The notes beneath the pieces are model-generated. The model was not told the origin of the DNA. It made no database searches and saw only the letters and a list, made by a program, of their open reading frames with translations. Shown in pieces: positions 1-7,860 of a stretch of 64,000 nucleotides of DNA (its first letter is position 1; every line of letters starts with the position of its first letter). This DNA comes from Bacteroidales bacterium. Its GTDB lineage: Bacteria; Bacteroidota; Bacteroidia; Bacteroidales; F082. The position numbers and the translations under genes are program-made. Location of the stretch: assembly GCA_024400425.1 (NCBI GenBank), contig JAKSMV010000008.1, positions 11,676-75,675 of the forward strand, in the 5' to 3' direction.

Positions 1-1313
1 TTTGAATCACCTCCAACTTTTGCGTATTCGAATCGTGCGCTGAAAGCAATTTGCTGTTCCCATTTGTAGAATAATTGCCCATCGTTCGATTGAGCTTGCG
101 TGTTGAACATTCCCAACGAATCGTATGACAAGCTGTAGTCGGTCTGGCACCACTCGAATGTTATGGGCGCATAATGGTCGAGGTTACCTTCTCTCAGTTC
201 GTTGTCCATGTCCACCACTTTTCTTACTGAAAATAAGACCTTTGTGTGCCAATTACCAATAATCTTATAATCTAAGTCGTAACGTATTACCGATATTATA
301 TCATTATCATTACAATAACTGCATTTGATGCTCCAAAGTACATTAGAGATGAAACTGAAACCAGATTTCCGATAGGTTGTTCCCGAAAAGTATTTCTTTT
401 GAGTGTCGGGCCGATAGTGTTCTGGGCTATATTCGAATTCTATCTTGTAATGATAGTTGTTTTGTCCGTCTTTGGCATAAGTTATTGTATTGGGATAGAA
501 TGTTCCCTCTTCCGTATTGTTGATATAGGTGAATTCCATCATGTTACCATCTGGGTCTTCAACCTTCGTCAGATGCCATTCGATAGGTGTAGGAAGATCG
601 TCCTGAAGATAATAGCCTTTCTCGTACCAATAGACCTTGCCATCGCGCTTGAGTACCTTGAACCCCCGTGACAAGTCATTCCTGTTTATAGGCATGACAA
701 CCGAATAGTCGTAGATTTCCGGATAATAGTTGCCGTTGGCATCACGGCGCAAGAGGTTGCCATCAAGCGAAAGGTCATCCTCGTTGGTGAACGAAACGGC
801 TTGGGCGATGTCGTCATATTCGTACTTGTAGGGAACTCTCGAAATCTTCGACATCCCTCCAAGGCTCCAGCCAAGTCCGAGGATTCCATTGCCCGCCTGA
901 CTGTTGTAGTTCAGGCTCAGATGAGGGGTCATGCCGTTGATGCCTTCGGGAAATTCCAAAGGGATGCTCAAGGTAGCAGCCCCGCTTTGGTTTACGTCAA
1001 ACTCCATCGGATATGTGCCGACGCGACCTTCATCCACATCATTAGGTGCTTCAGGCGACAATCCCAAATTGTTCCCATAGGGCGGAACCGTATCGGGAAC
1101 AGCTCCAATCTCAAACGTGTTGAATCTGCCCGGGTACGGGTCAGTCTGGAAGTGAGGAGTCAGGTCAATAGAGTCGTTGGCGATATAGTGGAAACTCTGG
1201 TTTCCAAGAAGACTATTGGATAGCACAAAAGTGTTGTCATGATAGGTGTTGACTTGCCCATACGACAATATGCCGTGCAGCAACAGCAGTGCTGCGGTTA
1301 TCATTCTTTTCAT
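1..1313 (-). CDS. SpvB/TcdB-N-terminal-type (Tc-toxin / RHS-family) secreted protein, 5' part only (C-terminus lies beyond window start)
   Basis: Absent from the ORF track because the frame runs off the window. ATG at 1313..1311, and the frame is open down to nt 1 (437 codons, hand translation). MKRMITAALLLLHGILSYGQ is a signal peptide. VGTYPMEFDVNQSGAATLSIPLEFPEGINGMTPHLSLNYNSQAGNGILGLGWSLGGMSKISR is the hallmark SpvB/TcdB N-terminal motif. The later KVEDPDGNMMEFTY resembles the TcdB mid-N region. Confidence 0.72.
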   Translation of the reverse strand, partial: MKRMITAALLLLHGILSYGQVNTYHDNTFVLSNSLLGNQSFHYIANDSIDLTPHFQTDPYPGRFNTFEIGAVPDTVPPYGNNLGLSPEAPNDVDEGRVGTYPMEFDVNQSGAATLSIPLEFPEGINGMTPHLSLNYNSQAGNGILGLGWSLGGMSKISRVPYKYEYDDIAQAVSFTNEDDLSLDGNLLRRDANGNYYPEIYDYSVVMPINRNDLSRGFKVLKRDGKVYWYEKGYYLQDDLPTPIEWHLTKVEDPDGNMMEFTYINNTEEGTFYPNTITYAKDGQNNYHYKIEFEYSPEHYRPDTQKKYFSGTTYRKSGFSFISNVLWSIKCSYCNDNDIISVIRYDLDYKIIGNWHTKVLFSVRKVVDMDNELREGNLDHYAPITFEWCQTDYSLSYDSLGMFNTQAQSNDGQLFYKWEQQIAFSARFEYAKVGGDS

Positions 1314-1364
1314 AGTGGTCTGTTTTTGAGTGTTTATAGTAATGAAGTCTAAACAAACCTGACA

Positions 1365-1826
1365 TCAGCGCTTGATGATTTTCCACACATGCCGTTCGTT
1401 GCCAGATGTCAGCACAAGGATGTAGATACCCGTGGCTTGGTTTGAGATGTCGAGGCTCTCGGATGACGACTCAACCATGCGGTCGTGGATTATCGTCCCG
1501 TTTTGCGTAGATAGAGTTGCCCGAAATGGAGCCGTGCCCGAATCGCCTTGCAGGTCGATATGGACAAGCCCGTCAGTGGGGTTAGGGTAAATCTCGATAC
1601 CCGTCCCCAATACGATGTCGGCTGCTTTAGGCTGCTCTGTCATGCGAAGGTCGCCATTCGGCAGTGGATTTCCGTTCTCTTCCATTTTCATGATGCTCCA
1701 TGACCGCATAATGCGGTTGCCGTCGGCATCGTAGGCGAACGTCACCCTTGATGTTTCCTGGGCCAAGCCCATCAAAGGGATGAAGAAAATCGCCCATATT
1801 GCAATCCATTTGTAATGTGTACTCAT
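1365..1826 (-). CDS. small secreted protein: signal peptide + single YD/RHS-type repeat + T9SS C-terminal sorting domain
   Basis: Track ORF is 1365..1856. I prefer the second ATG (1826): it gives the signal peptide MSTHYKWIAIWAIFFIPLMGLAQE and removes the overlap with the upstream stop at 1834. VTFAYDADGNRI is a YD-repeat signature. The C-terminus IEIYPNPTDGLVHIDL...GIYILVLTSGNERHVWKIIKR fits the type-A T9SS CTD pattern. Confidence 0.62.
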   Translation of the reverse strand: MSTHYKWIAIWAIFFIPLMGLAQETSRVTFAYDADGNRIMRSWSIMKMEENGNPLPNGDLRMTEQPKAADIVLGTGIEIYPNPTDGLVHIDLQGDSGTAPFRATLSTQNGTIIHDRMVESSSESLDISNQATGIYILVLTSGNERHVWKIIKR

Positions 1827-1833
1827 GTCATCC

Positions 1834-3612
1834 TCACTTCCCCAATAGTTCGTCAATCATTTGCTGCTGCCTTGCGCTTTCTTTTCGCAACGATTCAATT
1901 TCCTCTTGCTGCTGCAAGGTGTAGAGTGTCAATTCTTCAATCTTCTTGAGCAGGATGCTTTGCATTTCAACCAAGTCGATGCCTTCTTCCTTCACTTCAG
2001 TTTCGGTAGGAACTTCGGGCAAGTGTTTGTTGGAAGAGATGTATTGGCTCAACTTTGCCAGAGGCATGAGGCGGTAATCCTTATCGAAAACAAAGTCAGC
2101 CCATTCGTCCACGTCCAGTACGTGAATCTTGTCGGTCAGCACTCCTCCTGCAACAGCCAGATAGTAGTCATCTCTCTGCAAGCGGTTTTCCGTGTTGATA
2201 CCCACCTTGCCATAAAGGGTAATCAGTGTGTCGGCACTCAGCACTATGTTGTGGTTGCTGCTGACATACACTTCCTCGCCATGGAAGCTAGCTTGTCCGG
2301 AAGCATTCACCATCACCGATCTGCCCATTACATTGGCCGTGTTTGTTGCCGATGCCATCACATCCTTTCCGACAAGACTCAGACGTTTTGGCGAGTTCAT
2401 GGTAAAGGTCTGCTCGCTATCGCTGGTGAGGAAGGTGGATTCGGAGCCAAAGCAATATTTCTCCGAACTGAAAATCATAGGTGCGTTGCTGGCCACGAGG
2501 CGCAGCTTGTTGTCGTTCCTTACGGAAATATAGGTGTTTTCGTTGCGGAACAGGATAGACGCATTACCTTCGCTTTCCAATGGCTGTAGCAAGATGTCGG
2601 CATCCTCGTGGATGCCGCTGTTGGGTGTGCCGTTGGCAACGATGTGGAGCTTGGCCAAAGGGGGTTCTCCACTGTAGCCGATTGCAACCCGACCAGTGCT
2701 TCCTTCCCTTGCTTCGGAAATAAACATCGTAGGCAGGCTGCTGCCGACACCCATTGTGATGCCACTAACATAGCTGATAAGAGGATGTTGGTATTCGCCC
2801 GTCCCGATGACAAAGCAGTCGTTTTGCATGGCCTGTACTCCGTTACCTATGGCGAAAGAGCAGGTACCCTTGGCGATGGCGGCATAGCCCATGGCCACGC
2901 TCGCCCACTCCCCGGCCGAGCAATTGACGCCGAAGGAGAAGGAGGACACACCGAACGCTTGGCTGCCACTGCCTCCCGCAAAGGTGTTTGAGCCAGAGCT
3001 GATGTTGCCATTCCCTATCGAGAAGGCCTGCTCGCCTGATGCTGTCGTCAGGTTGCCGAAAGAGAATGAGTTGATGCCTTCGGAATGGCTGCCGGTGCCA
3101 CCGGCGAAGGCGTTGTTGCCCGAGCTGATACTGCCAAGCCCAATGGCGAAGGCTTGCTCTCCTGATGCTGAATTCTTTTTTCCGAACGAAAACGACTGAT
3201 TGCCATATGCCACAGATGAAAGGCCGCCAGCGAATCCGTTTGCTCCGCTTGTTTGGTTTCCAACCGCGCAGCTTTCCCCTATAGCGAAAGCCTGAGGTCT
3301 TTTGGCTTTAGTATAAATGCCAAAGGCGACTGCATTATCGGATGAAGATTCGCACGAAATGCCAAAGGCAAACGACTGCCCGCCACTTGCAGTTGAGTTG
3401 TTGCCCCCTGCAAACGAGTTCTTGCCCGAGGCCTTGTTGTCGGTGCCGATGTTTGACGAGACAAGCGACTGGTTGTTGTTCTGGGGATTGCTGTTTCTGT
3501 AATAGACATTACCCTGTTGGCTCTGTGGACTGTTCTGCCCGAATGCGTCAATGTAAAATGAAAGACTCAGCACAAGGGCACAAATGACCGAGAAAATATG
3601 GTTGTTTTTCAT
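1834..3612 (-). CDS. secreted YadA/Hia-head-like (Hep_Hag-type) repeat protein with C-terminal coiled-coil domain
   Basis: Track ORF is 1834..3657. The ATG at 3612 gives the signal peptide MKNNHIFSVICALVLSLSFYIDAFGQ. It carries about 14-residue Gly/Ser/Ala repeats (NSFAGG, SGGQSFAFG, NAVAFG, QAFAIG, SGEQAFAIG, NAFAGG, SGEQAFSIG, NTFAGG). The C-terminus is ...WADFVFDKDYRLMPLAKLSQYISSNKHLPEVP...KIEELTLYTLQQQEEIESLRKE. I see no beta-barrel anchor and no T9SS CTD. Confidence 0.6.
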   Translation of the reverse strand: MKNNHIFSVICALVLSLSFYIDAFGQNSPQSQQGNVYYRNSNPQNNNQSLVSSNIGTDNKASGKNSFAGGNNSTASGGQSFAFGISCESSSDNAVAFGIYTKAKRPQAFAIGESCAVGNQTSGANGFAGGLSSVAYGNQSFSFGKKNSASGEQAFAIGLGSISSGNNAFAGGTGSHSEGINSFSFGNLTTASGEQAFSIGNGNISSGSNTFAGGSGSQAFGVSSFSFGVNCSAGEWASVAMGYAAIAKGTCSFAIGNGVQAMQNDCFVIGTGEYQHPLISYVSGITMGVGSSLPTMFISEAREGSTGRVAIGYSGEPPLAKLHIVANGTPNSGIHEDADILLQPLESEGNASILFRNENTYISVRNDNKLRLVASNAPMIFSSEKYCFGSESTFLTSDSEQTFTMNSPKRLSLVGKDVMASATNTANVMGRSVMVNASGQASFHGEEVYVSSNHNIVLSADTLITLYGKVGINTENRLQRDDYYLAVAGGVLTDKIHVLDVDEWADFVFDKDYRLMPLAKLSQYISSNKHLPEVPTETEVKEEGIDLVEMQSILLKKIEELTLYTLQQQEEIESLRKESARQQQMIDELLGK

Positions 3613-3742
3613 AAGAATCTGTATTTTAAATTGTTGAATAAATAATGATAGTAACATTAAAGGTATAGCAATCGCATTTTAGAAAATTCATCTGCTCGTT
3701 TTGGGCATGACTTTTCTGTGTTAATCTAGGAAGCGTAAATGC

Positions 3743-5266
3743 TTATTCCTTCACGAACTTTCCTTTCAGGAGTTCGTTTTGGGAGTTGTAGATGACGTAG
3801 GCATACACGCCCGGTTCGAGCGACGACACGCCTACCGTAAGCAGGTTACCTTCGCCACGGATGATGCGGCTCATGCGGACGCGGCCGAGGTTGTCGGTAA
3901 TGCAGATGCGGTTCTCGCCATCCCGAGGCAATGCAGTGATGTCGAAATGCACCTCGTCTTTCGCAGGATTGGGGAATGCCGATGCCTGCATTTCCTGTTT
4001 GGGAACCTTATGGACTCCGCACGGAATAGGGTTGAAGTCCTCGCGCCGCATCTTTACAATCTTGCCTGTCGGCTTGTCGGGTAAAATTCCAAGATTATTC
4101 AACGACAAAAGGCATCCATTATCTGATGTAGGTAGCATGAACATGGAACAGAAGTCGCAAAAGTCATCTTCTATCAAGAATTTATTTCCAAGCAATTCCA
4201 TGTCTCTATCAAAAAGACAGATACCTGAATGAACAGGATATAATGCGTAATCATAAGCATAATAGGCTCCAAAGATGGTAGTGTCGTTGATGCATACCAT
4301 ACCATGGTTGTTCCCAACCATAATATTGGTGTCAATCCGTTGGCATAGCGTGTCGCACTGCACAATGGTTCCGTCCGTTTTTAGCCGAAGCAGACCGAGC
4401 ATTTGATATCGCTGGGTTAATCCTCCATTAATAGAACCAAGAAGAAGCATCTCATCATCGGATAGCCACAGGTCGGAATGTGCATATTCGTCAAGAAGCG
4501 GGTGTCCGTGTTCAATTTCTATCTCAATATCATCGACATAGTTGAACTGTCTGTCGTAGAATATCATGGCAGTAGCACCGGAAGCCCCTTTGCCAATAAT
4601 CAAGTAGCCATCCGATTGGGGATGCTTCATCAGTTGATGGCATTCGAAGAGCCAAAGCCTATGCTCACCGCCTTGCTCGTCGGGTTGCGCATAACGGCAG
4701 GCAAGGATGTTTCCTTCCTCATCGAAGCGATAGAATGCTGGCCGGTACGGGAACCAATTTGAATAGTAGATGGCATAACTGCCACACAAAACAATTGAAC
4801 CATCTTCATCTACAAGTAGTTGTCCTATGCGGAAGGTATCCGCGATGCTATCGATGGCATAATTCCTTTCAACTATGATGTCCATATCAGAATTCAGAAC
4901 GAGAATTGCTAAATGCTTATAGTATCCAGATTCTTCTTCTAATACTCGACATGCTACAAAATAGTTCCCGTTTTTAAGTTGGATGCACCTGAATGGGACT
5001 TGATTACGATGAATTTCATCTTCCAAAACTTTGCTTTCGCAGTTTCCATCGGCATCAGTTGTCATAAAGAAAGGATAGTAACATATTATTTCGTTTTCAA
5101 CCACATTCCATTTAGCTCCAACCATGAAATTTATTCCTTTGGAATCAAGAAAGCCATTGTATAATACAGTTTTTTCTCCAACCTCTCCGTAATCCAAAAC
5201 CCATTGCTGGGCTGCCGCATTCAGCAGCAGCCCGAACAATAAGAATGTAAGTGAGAATCTTTTCAT
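3743..5266 (-). CDS. secreted propeller-like protein with T9SS C-terminal sorting domain (cassette copy 1, gene B)
   Basis: ATG at 5266. Signal peptide MKRFSLTFLLFGLLLNAAAQ. Recurrent blade-like motifs are present (DEDGSIVLCGSY, QSDGYLIIGKG, LKTDGTIVQ, TSDNGCLLSL). CTD: FPNPAKDEVHFDI...GVYAYVIYNSQNELLKGKFVKE. It is a paralog of 25354..26880. Confidence 0.68.
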   Translation of the reverse strand: MKRFSLTFLLFGLLLNAAAQQWVLDYGEVGEKTVLYNGFLDSKGINFMVGAKWNVVENEIICYYPFFMTTDADGNCESKVLEDEIHRNQVPFRCIQLKNGNYFVACRVLEEESGYYKHLAILVLNSDMDIIVERNYAIDSIADTFRIGQLLVDEDGSIVLCGSYAIYYSNWFPYRPAFYRFDEEGNILACRYAQPDEQGGEHRLWLFECHQLMKHPQSDGYLIIGKGASGATAMIFYDRQFNYVDDIEIEIEHGHPLLDEYAHSDLWLSDDEMLLLGSINGGLTQRYQMLGLLRLKTDGTIVQCDTLCQRIDTNIMVGNNHGMVCINDTTIFGAYYAYDYALYPVHSGICLFDRDMELLGNKFLIEDDFCDFCSMFMLPTSDNGCLLSLNNLGILPDKPTGKIVKMRREDFNPIPCGVHKVPKQEMQASAFPNPAKDEVHFDITALPRDGENRICITDNLGRVRMSRIIRGEGNLLTVGVSSLEPGVYAYVIYNSQNELLKGKFVKE

Positions 5267-5277
5267 AGCTCAAGGCA

Positions 5278-6306
5278 TTAGTAGTCCATCAAGCTTTCTT
5301 CTGCAATAGCCGTGTCATATACAAAGATGAGGCGGGCATACTCTGCTCTGGTTTGATGATAATAGAATCCAACTCCTTCGTTGAGAATTTTTCCCTCTAT
5401 CTCGAAATTCAGTGCATGGTAATCTGGGATTTCGAATTGGTCTGGAGCCAATCTCAAGAGAGCTTCCAATTCTCCGTTGAGATAGAGGTTCATATCATCG
5501 GGGTCGATGCAAGTGCCATAGATTTGCTCTCTGTAAAATACGTTTGGGATTTGTGGGCCATTGAATTGAATGTTTCTATGATCTACAAACTCCCAGTGTC
5601 CACCAGGTCTTGGGCTTGGCATCCAAATGAAGTTGTAAAACAATGGTTTGACAGCCCTTTCAAGAACTTTGTCAGCACCATCTCCTTGGCAAGAATAATC
5701 GCATTTGCCCATAGGAGCTGCATATTGCCAATAGTCGCTTGTGTCGAAGGGATGGTAAGGCAAAGTGTCGCACGCTACGCCAATCTTGCCCGAAGTACCA
5801 TGGAACTTGAGTCTTGCACTTCCGTCGCGTTGCGGTTCGGTCTCAACGGCAAGGCTAATGTAGCCTTTGTCTTCGGTGAAGCCATCGTTGAGGAATGCTT
5901 CGCGAGCTGCAGCAACAGCCTGCTCGTAAACCGAGGCCACATCTTCAACCCACACCTCGCCTTCGGCTGTCAAAGGAAGTGTCAAAGTGAACTCGTGTGA
6001 TGCGGTAGCAGTGTATGATTCGGTGGCTTGGCCATACACCACGTTGAAGAGGTCGCCGATGTTGGCCGTGGCTTCTTCTATAGTCATGGTCTCTCCCGTC
6101 TTCATGGCAGGGTTCTCGCGAAATGCGTGCACCTGCCTATTGAATGCCACCAAACGATTGATGATGGCTTCATCGTTCTGGTTCATTACTCCGGCAGGGT
6201 TGCCGTTGCTGTTGGTCTGAGATTCGTTCTCCTTCTTGCAGGCGAACATGATGACGGCCACGCTGGCGATGGCCAAAAATATGAGTGAAAATGAATACTT
6301 TTTCAT
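5278..6306 (-). CDS. Cys-containing lipoprotein of unknown function (cassette copy 1, gene A)
   Basis: ATG at 6306. Signal peptide plus lipobox: MKKYSFSLIFLAIASVAVIMFAC. It sits 11 nt upstream of the CTD gene. It is a paralog of 26887..27885 (aligned blocks MTIEEATANIGDLFNVVYGQATESYTA / ISLEQAQRDLGNLLNFDFGDANYATDE and FDTSDYWQYAAPMGKCDYSCQGDG / FDETDNWRVWERLGKCDGTCVGDD). Confidence 0.68.
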   Translation of the reverse strand: MKKYSFSLIFLAIASVAVIMFACKKENESQTNSNGNPAGVMNQNDEAIINRLVAFNRQVHAFRENPAMKTGETMTIEEATANIGDLFNVVYGQATESYTATASHEFTLTLPLTAEGEVWVEDVASVYEQAVAAAREAFLNDGFTEDKGYISLAVETEPQRDGSARLKFHGTSGKIGVACDTLPYHPFDTSDYWQYAAPMGKCDYSCQGDGADKVLERAVKPLFYNFIWMPSPRPGGHWEFVDHRNIQFNGPQIPNVFYREQIYGTCIDPDDMNLYLNGELEALLRLAPDQFEIPDYHALNFEIEGKILNEGVGFYYHQTRAEYARLIFVYDTAIAEESLMDY

Positions 6307-6646
6307 TGTCGTTGAATTTTGATGATTTATAATTATTTGTTAGGGGCAATTCAAAAACTGCCTTTGCTTTTTATGCTTCTTTATGTCCATCCTTGGGTGG
6401 GCGCGGAAGCTGTTCAACAAATCGGTGGCTTGCCGTCCTAAGTGCTACACCTTAAAATATGATGCGTGGGGTGCATCATTGTCTTCGCCATCGGAAACTG
6501 CGGCTAAATGGCGAAGCAGTCATTTGGGTCTCTTTCGCTTTCCGAGCCAAGCAATACGTATTCCCACAGCGCACTCAATGGTAAAGTGTTGCGTAAGGGA
6601 TGCTATGTGCTTCATGTCCGTCATGGCTTCTTTAGTTATGACGCTG

Positions 6647-6654
6647 CAAATATA
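6647..6654 (-). promoter_or_regulatory. candidate Bacteroidota -7 box (TATATTTG on minus strand), about 340 nt upstream of ATG 6306
   Basis: Matches TAnnTTTG. I found no closer match between 6307 and 6646. I did not find a -33 TTTG. Confidence 0.33.
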
Positions 6655-6735
6655 CAACGTGAAAATGCGAAAGTCAAGAGGAAAGTGAAAAAATGTCTTG
6701 CACATGTCATGTTTTTTCGGAATCGGTGAGTCAAA

Positions 6736-7358
6736 GCACTCAGGACTGACCTGTTTACCCACGCTCGTGCCTCCGAAGGACTTGTGACTGTCAGGTTTTG
6801 CCCAAATCGATGGGTCGAAGGACTTGGAACTGACGTGTCAACCCATGGCCGTGGGTCGGAAGGACTTGGAACTGTCAGTTTTCCCACGAATCGTGGGCGC
6901 ACGAGGCTTGAAACCCGCATTTTTTGCCACTTTCGTGTGCCAAAATGACTTCGAACTGTCAGGTTTTGGCTAAATCGATGGGTTTGATGAGTTGGAACTG
7001 TCAGGTTTTGCCAGAATCGATGGGTCGAAGGACTTGGAACTGTCATGTTTTGTCATGCTCATGGGTCAAATGGACTTGGAACTGTCAGAATACCCACGAG
7101 TGGCGTGGGTCGAGGCACTTGGAACTGTCAGGTTTTCCATGCATCATGCGTCAAAATGGGTTGCGACTGTCAGTTTCTGCCCAAAATCGGTGGGTTTGAT
7201 GAGTTGGAACTGTCAGTTTCTGTCATGCTCGTGGGGTAAAAGGACTTGGAACTGTCAGTTTTTGGCATGCTCAAGGGTTTTGGCACTTGGAACTGTCAGG
7301 TTTCCCACGAGCGTCGTGGGTCGAGGCAGTTGGAACTGTCAGATTTCCCACAAAAATC
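6736..7358. repeat. tandem array of 15 units of about 42 bp (core GGACTTGGAACTGTCAG + short CCCA..TGGG-type palindrome) with 5-unit higher-order periodicity
   Basis: The ACTG landmark of the core falls at 6745, 6787, 6829, 6871, 6913 (degenerate), 6955, 6997, 7039, 7081, 7124, 7166, 7209, 7251, 7292 and 7335. The spacings are 42 x8, then 43, 42, 43, 42, 41, 43. A 25-bp identical junction GGGTTTGATGAGTTGGAACTGTCAG occurs at 6980..7004 and 7192..7216. Confidence 0.93.
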
Positions 7359-7699
7359 ACAGAATTAATGGATTAATCGTCACATTATCGTGGTTTGGCA
7401 CAAGGTTTGAGCAACGGGTTTCATCTATCAACCTCCCTATGAACTGTAATTTCAGACACGGAATGATGGCAAGCCTCAGCTGCCCGACGGATTGGGAAAC
7501 CTCCGGCCGCAACGCTTGTGCCCACATGGCAACACCGCCGTGCCCTAACCCATCCTGCGAACCTAAAAAATTAAGACATGGACACAAGCACCGACTGCGG
7601 AAGATATAATCCCGGAACATATCAAATCAATAACGACATAAGCCGCCCTTCGGCCATGTACTCCGAGGGCGAGCGGCTCTTAATGTATTCCTGCACGTC

Positions 7700-7748
7700 G
7701 CTGTCTGCCGATGCACTGAAGCATCGGGGCAGCGGCGTTTTCTTTTCT
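7700..7748 (+). terminator. candidate intrinsic terminator in non-coding GC-rich spacer
   Basis: GCTGTCTGCCGATGC-ACTGAA-GCATCGGGGCAGCGGC forms a bulged stem (7+3+4 bp by hand pairing), followed by GTTTTCTTTTCT. Confidence 0.4.
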
Positions 7749-7860
7749 CGTCCCGCCATCCGGCGGGATTGTACGTCAGTTGGGTTAGCCTACCCTGACA
7801 AAAAGGCCTCTGTGCGAAAGTCACACAGAGTATCGTGTTTCACAAATAAAATCTTTAGAT

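Noticed and set aside
6736-7358. CRISPR array interpretation of the 42-bp repeats
   Set aside because: The conserved core is only about 17 bp. The 'spacers' are only about 25 bp and are themselves related to each other (three recurring subtypes, higher-order repeat). There are no cas genes in the window.
6636-7609. Track ORFs 6636..7046(-), 6924..7199(+), 6992..7609(+) and 7045..7239(+), which give periodic peptides such as TVPSPSTHRFGQNL
   Set aside because: They are read-throughs of the 42-bp (14-codon) tandem repeat. Units of 41 and 43 bp break every frame. Several mutually exclusive frames are open at once, and there is no signal peptide, start context or promoter box.
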